Source of the DNA: Camelus ferus
Taxonomy: Eukaryota
Reading direction: 5' to 3'
Length of the DNA: 64,000 nt
Assembly (NCBI RefSeq): GCF_009834535.1
Contig: NC_045697.1
Span: forward strand, 2,234,001-2,298,000
Shown one piece after another: positions 34,901 through 47,512 of this stretch. The number at the start of each line of letters is the position of its first letter. Position 1 is the stretch's first letter. The notes below the pieces were generated by a model. It ran no database searches, was not told the origin of the DNA, and saw only the letters and a list, made by a program, of their open reading frames with translations. Made by a program: the position numbers and the translations under genes.

Positions 34901-37874
34901 TTTTTTAAACTTTTTTTAATAGAGTTATAGCCATTTTTTAATAGAGTTATAGTTATTTGACAACGTTGTGTCAAATTCCAGTGTAGAGCACAACTTTTCA
35001 GTTATACATGAACATATATATATTTATTGTCACATTTTATTTTCGCTGTGAGCCACCACAAGATCTTGTATACATTTCCTTGTGCTACACAGTGTAATCT
35101 TGTTTATCTATTCTACATTTTGAAATCCCAGTCTGTCCCTTCCCACCCTCCGCCCCGTTGGCAACCACAAGTTTGTATTCTATGTCTAAGAGTCTGTATC
35201 TGTTTTGTATTTATTTTTATTTTTTATTTTTTTAGATTTCACATATGAGTGATCTTATATGGTATTTTTCTTTCTCTTTCTGGCTTACTTCACTTAGACT
35301 GACATTCTCCAGGGACATCCATGTTGCTGCAAATGGCATTATGTTGTCAGTTTTTATTGCTGAATGGTATTCCATTGTATAAATACACCACCTCTTCTTT
35401 ATCCAGTCATCTGTTGATGGACATTTAGGCTGTCTCCATGTCTTGGCTGTTGTAAATAGTGCTGCTATGAACATTGGGTGAAATAGGGTTCCTTCTGGAT
35501 ATATGCCCAGGAGTGGGAATCCTGGGTCATATGGTAAGTCTATTCCTAGTCTTTTGAGGAATCTCCATACTGTTTTCCACAGTGGTTGCACCAAACTGCA
35601 TTCCCACCAGCACTGTAGGAGGGTTCCCTTTTCTCCACAGCCTCTCCAGCATTTGCCATTTGTGGACTTTTGAATGATGGCCATTCTGACCTGGTGTGAG
35701 GTGATACCTCATTGTAGTTTTGATTTGCATTTCTCTGATAATTAGTGATATTGAGCATTTTTTCATGTGCCTATTGATCATTTGTATGTCTTCCTTGGAG
35801 AATTGCTTGTTTAGGTCTTTTGCCCATTTTTGGATTGGGTTGTTTGGTTGTTTCTTATTAAGTCATATGAGCTGCTTATATATTCTGGAGATCAAGACTT
35901 GTCAGTTTCATTTGCAAAAGTTTTCTCCCGTTCCGTAGGTTGTCGTTTTGTTTTACTTACTGGTTTCCTTTGCGGTGCAGAAACTTGTAAGTTTCATTAG
36001 GTCCCATTTGTTTATTTTTTTCTTTTATTTCTATTGCTTGGGTAGACTGTCCTAGGAGAACATTTTTGAGATGTATGTCAGATAATGTTTTGCCTATATT
36101 TTCTTCTAGGAGGTTTATTGTATCTTGTCTTATGTTTAAGTCTTTGATCTATTTTGAGTTTATTTTTGTGTGTGGTGTAAGGGAGTGTTCTAGCTTCATT
36201 GTTTTACATGCTGCTATCCAGTTTTCCCAGCACCATTGGCTGAAGAGACTGTCTTTATTCCATTGTATTTTCTTGCCTCCTTTGTTGAAGATTAGTTGAC
36301 CAAAAGTTTGTGGGTTCATTGCTGGGCTCTCTATTCTGTTCCATTGGTCTATATGTCTGTTTTTGTACCAATACCATGCTGTCTTGATGACTGCAGATCT
36401 ATAGTATTGTCTGAAGTCTGGGAGAGTTATTCCTCCAGCCTCTTTCTTTCTCTTCAGTAATGCTTTGGCAATTCTAGGTCTTTTCTGGTTCCATATAAAT
36501 TTTATTATGATTTGTTCTAGTTCTGTGAAATATGTCCTGGGTAATTTGATAGGGATTGCATTAAATCTGCAGATTGCCTTGGGCAGTGTGACCATTTTAA
36601 CAATATTGATTCTTCCAATCCAGGAGCATGGGATATCTTTCCATTTTTTAAAGTCTTCTTTACTTTCCTTCATCAATGGTTTATAGTTTTCTGTGTGTAA
36701 TTCTTTCACCTCCTTGGTTAGATTGACTCCTAGGTATTTTATTACTTTGGGTGCTATTTTAAAGGAGATTGTTTCTTTACTTTCTTTTTCTGTTGATTCA
36801 TCGTTAGTGTAAAGAAATGCAACTGATTTTTGAACGTTAATCTTGTAACCTGCTACCTTGCTGAATTCTTCGATCAGCTCTAGTAGGTTTTGTGTGGACC
36901 TTTTAGGGTTTTCTATATATAGGTAGCATGTCGTCAGGCATATAGTGACATTTTTACCTCTTCTTTTCCAATTTGGATCCCTTTTATTTCTCTCTCTTGT
37001 CTGATTGCTGTGGCTAGGACTTCCAAGACTATGTTGAATAGGAGTGGTGATAGTGGGAAGCCTTGTCTTGTCCCAGATTTTAGTGGGAAGCTTTTGAGTG
37101 TTTCACCGTTGAGTACTATGCTGGCTGTAGGTTTGTCATCTATAGCTTTAATTATGTTGAGATATGTTCCCACTTTACCCACTTTGGTGAGAGTTTTTAT
37201 TATAAATTGGTGTTGAATTTTATCAAATGCTTTTTCTGCATCGATTGAGATGATCATGTGGTTTTTGTCCTTTCTCTTGTTGATGTGATGTATTACATTG
37301 ATTGATTTGCGTATGTTGAACCACCCTTGTGTCCCTGGGATGAACCCCACTTGGTCATGATGCATAATCTTTTTTATGTGCTGTTGGATTCTATTTGCTA
37401 ATATTTTGTTGAGGATTTTTGCTTCTATGTTCATCAGTGATATTGGTCTGTAATTCTCTTTTTTGATGGTGTCTTTGCCTGGTTTTGCTATCAGGGTCAT
37501 GGTGGCTTATAGAATGACTTTGGGAGTATTCCCTCCTTTTCAGTCTTCTGGGAGAGTTTGAGAAGGACTGGTATGAGTTCTTCTTTGTATGTTTTGTAGA
37601 ATTCCCCAGTGAAGCCGTCCGGTCCTGTACTTTTATTTGTAGGGAGGTTTTTTATTGCTAATTCGATTTCATTTCTAGTGATTGGTTTGTTCAAGTGGTC
37701 AGTTTCTTCTTGGTTCAGTCCTGGTGGACTGCATGTTTCCAGAAACTTGTCCATCTCCTCTAGGTTATCCACTTTGGTTCCATATAGTTTTTCATAATAT
37801 TCTCATATGATATTCTGTATTTCTATGTTATTTGTTGTAATTTTTCCATTTTCCTTTCTTATTTGGCTTATTTG
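34901..37874 (-). mobile_element. Relatively young 5'-truncated camelid-type LINE-1 (~3 kb)
   Basis: Poly-T at 34899, L1 3'UTR, ORF2 segments; 14-bp TSD acccttgtctcctt (34887-34900) / accctagtctcctt (37875-37888). Confidence 0.97.
35232..37860 (-). pseudogene. Disrupted L1 ORF2p (linker, reverse transcriptase, C-terminal Cys-rich domain)
   Basis: ORFs 37497..37772 ([13 protein letters not shown]), 36934..37500 ([27 protein letters not shown]), 36149..36709 ([17 protein letters not shown]), 35232..35684 ([18 protein letters not shown]); multiple frameshifts. Confidence 0.95.
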
Positions 37875-37907
37875 ACCCTAGTCTCCTTAAGCTTGATTTT
37901 TTCCCCA

Positions 37908-38355
37908 ATTTTTTTTATTGTGGTAAAATACATAAAACCTAAAAATTGTAATCTTAACCATTTTAAGTGTACAGTTCAACCATCACCACCAGCTCCAGAA
38001 TTCTCTTCATTTTGTAACAATGAAACTCTGTCTCCACTAAAACTGACTCCCCATCCTCTCCTCCCACCAACCTCTCGAACCCACCATTCTGCTTTCTGTC
38101 TCTATGGATTTAACTACCTCAGGAACCATCATGCAAGTGGAATCACACAGCCTTCATCCTTTGGTATCTGCTCATTTCACTTGGCATCGTGCCCTCAAGA
38201 TTCACCCAGGTTGTAGCAGGTGTCAGAATGTCCTTCCTTTTTAAGGCGGAGTCATATTCCATTGCAGAGATGGACCACATTTTGTTTATCCATCCTTCTA
38301 TTTGACAGGCAGTTGGGTTGCTTCCACATTTTAGTTATTGAGACATAAAGCTGCT
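37908..38355 (-). mobile_element. L1MB-like 3' end
   Basis: ttttattgtggtaaaatacataa...cttaaccattttaagtgtacagttca...tgtcagaatgtccttcctttttaaggc. Confidence 0.85.
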
Positions 38356-40178
38356 TTTGATTTACAGAGGCTACATCCTTTGTACCTTATTGACAACACA
38401 GTGAATCTTAAAACAATCCTTTTTCCTGTTTCATGGAATGAATCTACTTGAGGAAAAGGGTCCCCCCGAGCCCTCGATCCCTCGCTCTTCTGTGAGCTCT
38501 GCTGGTGTTTGCTACAGGCTCAGGGCTTACGTTCTTTTTGAACGCTGCTCGCTCTCCCTCAAGGATGACGGCTCCCTGTACGGGTGGTCCGGTTTCCTCT
38601 TCTGTCCCAGCGGGAGGTGGGGCGAGCCCCTTGTCCAGAACAGGAGAGCGAGTGACCACCGCACGCTTAGTGCAGGTCACTGCCCATGACTGGCTGATTT
38701 CTCCTCTGGGATGTGTGTCCTGGTCAGATCCCCCAGGATGGCCCAAGGACAGAAGGACGGAGCTAAATGGACAAACTTCCAGTGTGGAACCAGCTGGGAG
38801 GGTGCCACCCTGAGGCTTCTATAGACCATTTCTGAGGCTCAGATGTTTTTTGGAAACCAGGAACTCAGGGCAAGGCTGAGTGGTGATTCCTCTGGCGTTT
38901 CTCCTGTGAGAGTGGATCTGGGGAGAGGCAGCTGCCTCAGCCCATGTCCTGGGCACAGCCATGTGCCCGTGGCTCATAGGCTCACAGGGGTTCTGAGCAG
39001 AGCCCTCGCCTGCCTCTGCCTTCCGTCCTTGGCACCTCCTGGGCCTGCCAGCCTTGGGGATCTGACCCAGTGCATAGGAGCTGGGCATTCGGAAGGCTCC
39101 TGGGCACAGTCATCTCCTCCTGCTGCTCAGGTGGCGTCAGGCTGCCCCCTGTCCTTGTCACTCTCTGGGCTGGCTCTTCTCTCTCTCCCCAGCCTGGGGC
39201 TCTGATGCCTCACATGCCGCCCTCTCTCAGGGGTTTTGTGATTTTGGGGAAGAGGCCTGACCTTGCCTTCTGAGGGTTCATGGGGGCCGGGTGATGCCAC
39301 AGAAGCTGGGCTGGCACCGCCCTTTCCTGGCTCCACTGGCCCCCGTGAGGTTCCTCCAGAGGGAGCGCCCCAAACAGCGAGGTCTGGGAGAGGGTAGCTC
39401 CTAGCTCTGAATGTGGAGAAGCTGGGGCTGCCAGAGCCGTCTCGCAGTATTGGGGAGCGTGTCCTCTCTGTAATTCCAAGTCTTTGGGTGCACCCGGGGG
39501 CAGCCCTGTGACGTCAGTGGTGGAGCTTGGAAGGAGGCTGAGAGGTGGTGCCGGACCCGCCAGGGCTGTGCAGAGGGGAGTCGTGGGGCCTCAGAGGGAA
39601 AAGCGTGCTCCTCACTGGCCCGAAGTCAGATGCTGCATCTGGGGGAAAAGAAGGCGTCTGACCACAGCTGGCGCCTGGACCACGGGGAGACAGTGGGCAG
39701 ACCCACAGCAGCCACCCACTCCCTCTTCTGCCCTGGGCCCCACCTGCTCAGCCCCCAGCCCCTGACATGGCCGTCCACATCTTTCCAAAGCCTAGGCCCC
39801 CCTCGGGTGGGGAGAGGTCTATTTCCAGAAGGCTCCTGCCTAAAGTGGGCAACCTGGGTGCGGGGTACACACCCAGGCCAGTTCGGTCCCCAGGCTGTCT
39901 GAGCCCTGTCGCTTACACCCCGCAGAGGCGCTGACCTGTCCTGTTTCCGGTGGAGGCCTTGGTTCCAGATGGTCCGCCCTGCCCCCACACTGTCTTCCTA
40001 TAGTTTATCAGAAGCAGGAGACTCAGGCAACGGCGTTCACTGGCCCCTGGGCTACACGAGGGCGTGAAGCTTCTGACTGCAGGGGATGGGCGGTTGTAGG
40101 GGGATGCTGGGCTTGGGACTCACCCCCAGTCCCTGCCCAGGCCCCCTCCTCCCTCAGTGCAGCCAGCTTTCTCGAAAG

Positions 40179-40390
40179 CAGGGTTTCTCACGGCCCCCAC
40201 GGACACTGTGTGCTAATTCCATCCTGCGGTGGGTGCTGAGCACTGCGGGGTGTTTAGCAGGATCCCTGGCCTTGACCTGCTTGGTGCAGACGCCCGCAGT
40301 GCCCCTCTGCCACCTATGACCCCCAGACATGTCTTCAGACACCAACAAATGTCCCCGGGGGTCAAAATCGCCTGCGGCTGAGAACCGTGG
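40179..40390. mobile_element. MER20-like hAT-Charlie DNA transposon
   Basis: cagggtttctca...gtgtttagcaggatccctggcct...caaatgtccccgggggtcaaaatcgcctgcggctgagaacc. Confidence 0.85.
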
Positions 40391-43300
40391 AGGAGCTGGG
40401 AACTCCAGGAGGATGTGGGGTCCCGGGACCGGTGGGGACTCATCCTTGCTGTCTCTCCAGGGCTTGTCACTGTGGGCAGCTGGCGATCCTCGTTGGCTGC
40501 CTTGAAGGGTACAATGTGCTTCCTGGAACTGCCAAGCCGCCCGGAGCCTCGGCCGCGGGGGTGGGGGGTGGGCTTCTCCTTCCTGTGCCCCAGGATCGAT
40601 GAAGGGGAGGAGGGGTGTGCTGGCTCTCCTGCCGTCAGTCCGCGTGAGGACCGGGGTGGGGTGGCGCACACGGTCGCGCGTGTGCATGTGTGCGCGCACG
40701 GGTGTTCCCGGGGGAAGAAAAGTGCTGGGGAGGCCACGCCTCAGCTGTCCCTCGCTGTCCACTTGCAGCCGTGGATTCTGGCCATGGCCTTCCCTCTCCC
40801 ACCCGCCTCCCTGGTCTGACGCTCCAGGCCTGCTCCTCGGTTGTTGCATCAGCGCCTTGTGGCTCCAGCACACTACACCGACAGTGGACGGGACCCCCTG
40901 GAAAACTGACGACCCCCAAGTGTAAGCCTCCAGCTGAAACCTGGCCTGGTCCCCACCTGGAGGACTTGGTGGTATCTCACCCCTGAGGCGCCTAAAATCC
41001 AGCTCCCACCCCCCAACTCTCCAAATACGCCTCCCCATCTTCCCCACGCCGGTCGCTGGAACTCTGCTCCCCGGGCACACGCCACCGAGATCACAGCAGC
41101 CCCTGCTCCTCCCGCCTCACACCCTGCAGCTCACAGACCCTGCAGTGACCCTGGGGGCATCTCCGCTGCCTGGTCCAAGCCCCCTTCGTCCCTCGCCTGG
41201 CCGGCAGCTCTGCCGTCATTGTCCTTTTTTCTCTGCCCTCGCCTCCCTGAGAGCTACTTCCGTCCTGGAGCCCGAGTGGGCCGTTCAAAGGTAAACCAGA
41301 CCGACCTGTGGGGAGACGCGTGGAGTCTGGGAGGGAGACGCGGCTGGTGGGCGAGCATCCCAGGCAGAAGGAGCAGCCAGTGTGACAGTTCTGGGGCTGG
41401 AGCGTGTCCGGCGGTCTGAGGACACAGAGGACTCCTTCATCCTTTCTCACATGACACAGAAGCCACTGAGGGCTTCAGGCTATGACGGACTGGGGGGCTG
41501 GACCTGGGGTGTGCTGAGGGTGGAGTGGGCCCCGTGCTGCCCTGGGCCCATCCCTGGTTGTGGGAGGAGGCTGGGGTGAGGGGTGGGCATCTCAGGCGTC
41601 GGAAGGATGGAGAAGCCCCCATAGACCCCAGCGCTGTGAGCCTGGAGCCTGGGCTGGACCTTGGTGGACAGGGAGAGACTCACCATGTCAGAGAGGACGC
41701 AGAGCCCTTCAGGGAGACAGAGTGGGGGGTGGGTCCAGCCACAGGCCTTCACTCCTGCTGGGCCAGACTTGACCCAGGGCCCCTCTCTGGCCTGGGGCAT
41801 TGCCCTTGGAACACCCTGAGCCCAGATGTGGGCCAAACCTCCCAGTGTAGATGGCTTTGTCCCGCCCTCCTGGACGCTCGGGGAAGCAGCCTGTCCTCTG
41901 GTGGACGTTCCTGGCCTCCTGGGAAGGCCCCGATTCCCCCCAGAGCCAGGAGGCTGCCTTAAGATGTGGGGAGAGAGCCTGGGAGCCCCAGGAGAGGCCT
42001 GAGGAGCGGGACCTGGGTCCTCAGCCAGGTGCTGATCCCCTGTTCTGTCCACCCAGGCTGGCTTGTCCCTGGAGCTGCAGCCCCAGGGGGTCCACGTCGG
42101 GGCCTGGGATGGTCTGGGGCGAGCCGAAGCCCTGAGGCAGGGGGTGACCTCGAAGGGAGGAGGGTCCACTGTGTGGGGAGAGATGTCGGTCCTGGAGCCA
42201 CACAGACTTGGTTTAAGGCCTGACTTTGACCTGTGCTGGTGAAGTCACCCTTCATCAGGCCAGGGCCTGGAGAGAGAAGAGACTGCTCAATTTTCTGAGT
42301 TGCAGGTGGAGGCCTCGGGCCCGCAGAAGTGAGACAGCCTTCCCTGGCTTGGAACCACCTGACCGCGGCCGGAGCTTCTAAGCCCGCGTGTCCTCCAGCG
42401 CTGGGACACCCACCTTCACTGCCTGTTGAGAGAGGGGTGTTGCCTGGCCCCCAGTCCCCAGCTTCAAGGCCAGCTGCCAAGATGCCCAGAGAAAGCACTC
42501 TCTCTGTTTGACGAGTTGGTTTGTGAAGGGTTTTGAGCGGCCTGGAGACATTTCTTCTCGGAGAGAGCCCTCCTCCCTCCAGACGCTCACCTCCCTCTCC
42601 AGCCTCTCCTCCCACCCCTCGCTCCTCTCAAGAGCGTCTTCTTAGGAGCCCACATTCACCTGAAAAGCGATACGTCACTGGAACCTGTCACTGGAACTTG
42701 TCACTGGAGGGGGGAGGAGGGAGATGGGGGAGAGGGAGGAGGAAGGGAAGAGGAGGGAGGGGAGGGGGAGGACCAGGCCCCACCCACAGCAGTCGGACCC
42801 CACCTGCCACAGGACTAGAACCCCTCTCCCCCACAGGACCAGCGCTGTCTGGCCCCGCTGCTCCTGAGCCAGCACACAGTAGGTGCGCAGGGGGAGCTGA
42901 GCGCACAGCTCCACTGATGGTGAACCTGCCTCCTCCCAGCTCCTGGGCTCTCAGGGTCCCGGGATCCTGGGTGCCAACCCCTAAATTTTTCCTGAAGACT
43001 CCCCACGGCCCCATCAGGGTGCCTGTGAGGAGGCCACTTAAAGGTGAGTATGAGTTATCCAGGCTGGGGTGGGGGGTTGTCCAGGAGCTGGGGGGTCCAG
43101 GTGGGGGATAGTCCAGGAGGGCAGAGGCCCTGGTGGGTGGGGGAGTCCAGGTGGGGGAGGGGGCAGCATGAACAAAGGCCCGGGGCCAGCAGTAGCTTGT
43201 GCTTGGAAAAATACTCTGCGTCTAAATAGCTGAGCTCATTTTTTATTTAAATAGAGTGATCATTTCAAAGAACAAGCTATAAAACTCTGCTCTGCAAATG

Positions 43301-43784
43301 TTCCTCCATCAATTTAAACAGACGTGTTTACCCTGGGCAGAAACAAAACAAACTCCAGGCCCAGAATCTTAAAATCATAACCGAGACAGAGGCCAGGAAG
43401 CTGGGAACGGGGAAGAGATGGGGTAGGGGGCAGTGGGAATGGCCCATGTGATGGTGGGGCCAGGGAGGTCCACAGGGGACACCTCTGTTCCAGTGGCGTG
43501 GTCAGCACAGGGTGCACTGTCCTGTTCCCGATCTGCCTCCTAGCCAGGATAGTCTCCTGCCAGCCCCTCTCCACAGCAGCCAGGACACTGCCCTCAAACG
43601 CATGTAGGCATGGTGGGCCCTTCCTTCGTCTGAGCTAGGGGCCCCTTCTCAGGGAGGCCCCCCAGCACCAAGTTTAAAACCACGCCCACATACCCCTTCC
43701 CAGGCTCCGGACCCCTCACCAAGCCCCAGCACCCGTCACCCCAATGCTCTGGATGAGCCCCTGCCGGTTTGGTTGAGTGCCTGG

Positions 43785-45550
43785 CAACGCAGATTTCAGA
43801 GCAAAGAGCATTAGAAGAGTTAAGGAGGGTCATTTCATAAAGATACGGCGGTCAGTTCACCAAGACAGTATTACAATCCTGAGAGTGTGTGCACGTTATA
43901 ACAGAACTTCACAGTACTCGAAGGAAAACCTGAAAAATCTACAAGATGATAAAGCCACAGTTGTAAGAGGAGATGAAGCCGGTCTGTCAGATACGGACAC
44001 AGGTGGGCAGAGAGTCAGCAGGGACCCGGAGCCTGGGGCTGCTCCCTCGACCCACTGATCTACTCGGCATCGACAGACGCCCTGCCCCGCAGCGGAGCAG
44101 GTGCGTTCTTTCCAAGCACCCACACAGCGTTCACCACGACAGACCAGATTCGAGTCGTATGACAAGCCTCGGTAATTTAAAAGGATTCAAATGATTTGAA
44201 GTAGTCCTCTGGACACAATGGCACTGAATGAAAATTCAGCAGAACGCTGTCTGGACAGCCCTGAACGTTTGGAAACCAACTAACACTTCCACATAGCTCT
44301 TGAATCAAAGAAGAAATCAGAAAGTCAGAACGTATTTTTAAAAAATTTTATTGTTTATTGAAATGCAGTTATCTACAATGTTAGTTCCAGGTGTACAGCA
44401 AAGCGGTTCAGTTATATATATATGTGCATAGATATATTTTCTTTTCAGATTCCTTTCCATATAGGTTATTGCAAGAAACTGAATATAGTTCCCCGTGCTG
44501 CACAGTAGCTCCTTGTTGTTTATTTTATATATAGTAACATGTATCTGTTAATCCCAAACTTGTAATTTAATCCTCCCCTGCCCTTTCCCCTCTGGTAACC
44601 ATAGTTTGTTTTCTATGTCTGTGAGTCTATTTTGGTTTGTAGATAGAACTTGTACCATTTTTTTTTTTAAGATTCCAATATAAATGATATAATATGGTGT
44701 TTGTCTTTCTCTGCCTGACTGACTTCACTTACTATGATCATCTTAGGTCCATCCACGTTGCTGCAAATGGCATAATTTCATTCTTTTTTATGGCTGAGTA
44801 GTGTTCCATTGTGTGTATATGTGTGTGTGCGTACATACATACACCACATCTTTATCTTATATAGGGCTCCACCTGCATGTCTTGAAAAGGATAATAAAAA
44901 AGGAAAAAGACAAAAAAAAAAAAGAGAGAACGCATTTGGAACAACAGCACAGCAGAACTGACGGGATGCAACTCAAGCGGAATTTCGCGGGAATTCCTGT
45001 GTTAGAAGAGATGACAGCTCTCAAATCCACAAACTCAACTCCCACCTCAAGAAACGGGAAGAACAAATTGGACACAACGTAATCAGGAGGGAGGAAAAAA
45101 CAAACAGAAGAGCAGAAATCAGTGGAATAGGAAACGGGAAAGCAAGAGAGAAAATGAGTGAAACCAGAAGTGGTTCTTTGGAAGATCGATACAGTTGATC
45201 ACCTCCAGCCAGAGTGATCGGGGAGAAAAAGAAGGACGCACGTTACCAACACCAGGACCGAGGGAGCTGGTATCACCACTAGTTCCACAGATACTTGAAC
45301 GATAACAAGGGACTGTTATGAGCAACTTGGGCCAGTAAATCAGACAACATGTTCCTTGAAAGATACAAACTGTTAAACTCACTTGAGAAGAAACAGCACC
45401 TGGGTAGCCACACCTGCGTTAAAGGACCTGCGTTCCTGGTCACAGCGTTTCCATAAAGCGAACTCCAGTCCCACAGGAGTCACTGGGGACTCCTTCCCAC
45501 GCGCAAGGAAGAAAGAGCGCCAATGTACACGTTCTCTTCCAGAAGCTGAA
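43785..45550 (+). mobile_element. Old L1 ORF2 5' region (endonuclease domain), interrupted at 44338-44920
   Basis: ORF 43777..44058 ADFRAKSIRRVKEGHFIKIRRSVHQDSITILRV matches L1 EN (DFRAK.I.RDKEGH.IMIKGSIHQEDITILNVY); resumes with aaccagaagtggttctttggaagatc. Confidence 0.88.
44338..44860 (-). mobile_element. Artiodactyl/camelid L1 3'-UTR segment in antisense orientation
   Basis: tacaatgttagttccaggtgtacagcaaag...aatatagttccccgtgctg...gttgctgcaaatggcataatttcattctttttt. Confidence 0.9.
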
Positions 45551-45799
45551 GAGGAAGGAGGGCGAGCCCCTGGTCACTCACCAGGACCCCTGGTTCCACC
45601 AGGGGTCAGGTGGCGCTGAGCCCACAGGACGGACACCCTCCCTTCTCCAGGTGTTTGCAGCCACCTGGGACGGCAGGACGCTCTGCTCCCTGGGAGGTCC
45701 ATGCTTAGGGCCAAATTCTCAGGCCGGGGAAAACTTCTGTTTCACTCGCACTGCCTCGTCTCAGCCCCTGCAAAGGTGGATGCGTGTCATTTCATCGAA

Positions 45800-45945
45800 T
45801 TTTCACAGCCCCTCATGGTGCTATAAATTATTTCCCTGATTTTAAAGATGAGGAAACTGAGTTTCAGAGCGGTGCAATGACTTGGCCGTTGACACACAGG
45901 CAGAAAGCAGGAGAGCCTGGGTTCCAACCGGGTCTGGGAACCTGC
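45800..45945 (-). mobile_element. MIR fragment
   Basis: attttaaagatgaggaaactgag...tgacttg...gagcctgggttccaacc. Confidence 0.75.
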
Positions 45946-46954
45946 GACACTGCTGCTTCCTCCTACAAAGTCTGTGGGGTCAGCCGAGGGGGCATGAGGC
46001 TCCCTGGGAAGCCGGTGGGAGGCGTGACTGCGGTCTAAGATGGACAGCACGTGGGAGTCAGGGAGGGCGAGTGAACAGGTCAGAGGTCGGAAAGCTAGGG
46101 ATGTTTTCAGAGCACCATGGGTATACCACCCACCTGGCGCAGAGAGGCTGAAGGCTTCCGTGGCAAATGGGGCGTAATCCTGGGGGCCAAACTGTGTTTG
46201 GCAGGTCGTGGGGAGCTCAGTGATGTTCCAGAGCAGGTGTGCGATGTGGGTGAGGATGAAGCCCCAGGAGGAGGACCGGGGAGTGCAGGGCAGGGGGACA
46301 CGTGGGGCATGCTCAGGGCTATTCACGCACTGCAGCGCCCAGGCAAGCGTTGGAAACAAGTGGGGAAATGAATCTGGGAGGACCCCTGGGCTTTGACGGA
46401 TGACACAGGCAGAAGGGGGCAGGCTCGGCAGGGGGTCCAGAGGGTGTGGGTCTGTGGGGGAGGCAGAGGGCTGGATGTGGGGAGCCACCTGCACACCCAG
46501 ATCCAGGGAGAGGACTCAGGGAGAAAGCTCAGGTTGCGGAGGCGCGGACTGAGACCGGGCCAAATCCGGCAGCCCTGGGGCAGGTTTTGAAGCCGCCAGG
46601 GTGAGGGCAATGCAGACGGAAGCAGCAGAACACAGCGGGGAGCCTGTGAGCACACGGACCGGAGGGGGCAGCTGGCAGCTCCAGAGGGCCCTGGGGACTG
46701 TGACTTACCCGCCTTCCCAGGTGCTCCTGGGATGTAGTCAGCGGGTCCGGGATGGACAGGAAGGGGCCACACCCATCACGCCCCCAGCTTCTCCTCACTG
46801 CATAATATGCTCGTTCTGCCTGCTGGGGGATTGGATTACTATCCTTGACACCTGAGGCGGTAGCTGAGGTCACAGCTTTTCTAGATGCGCCTCTCCTCCC
46901 CCTCCTTTTCAGTTGTCTCGTCACAATCTGAGGTCGCATCTCTTGACTGTGGTC

Positions 46955-47095
46955 AGGATTGGGGCCCCGAGGCCAGGCTGCCTGGGTTTGAACCCCGCCT
47001 CTGCCACTGGCAGCTGTGTGGCCAGGGGTGAGTTCCTAAGCCTCTCTGGGCCTCTGTTTCCCCGTCTGTAGAGTGTGTAAAATGAGGGCATACTT
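46955..47095 (+). mobile_element. MIR fragment
   Basis: ctgcctgggtttgaaccccgcctctgccact...agctgtgtg...cctctctgggcctctgtttccccgtctgta. Confidence 0.8.
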
Positions 47096-47512
47096 ACCAC
47101 AATGGGGTTCCCGTGAGGAACAGTGTGTTGCAGAGATTAATGTATATAAAGAGATTCATGTGTATGTAAAGAGGGTTTTTCCCCCCAGAGAATTGACTTT
47201 GTGGGCTCTAACTGAGTAAATCTGAAGCCAGTAAAGCCGGCCTGCAGGCTAGAAACTCAAGCAGGAGCCAACACTGCAATCTTGAGGCAGAAATTCCTCC
47301 TCCTCCAGGAAGCCTCGGGGTTTGCTCATAAGGCCTTCAACTGATTGGACGAGGCCCATATATCATGGAGGGTAATCTCTTTGACTGATGTTGACTGATT
47401 ATAGATGTGAACCATGTTTACAAAGTCCCTGCACAACTCTATCGAGACAAACGTCTGATTAAATCACTGGAGACTGGCCTGGCCAAGCTGGCACATAAAA
47501 CCGACCATCACA
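47095..47512 (-). mobile_element. ERVL LTR (MLT2D-like)
   Basis: aaggccttcaactgattggacgaggccca...ggagggtaatct...gccaagctggcacataaaaccgaccatcaca. Confidence 0.85.

Noticed and set aside
36934..37500. Reverse transcriptase as part of a novel retron/DGR-like system
   Set aside because: Plain LINE-1 ORF2 inside a TSD-flanked L1, with a broken YADD motif
38400..39500. Possible large decayed minus-strand exon (ORFs 38444..38746, 38819..39088, 39127..39336, 39210..39479)
   Set aside because: Frames are discontinuous, I recognise no family, and there are no convincing splice or poly(A) signals; a BLASTX search would be needed
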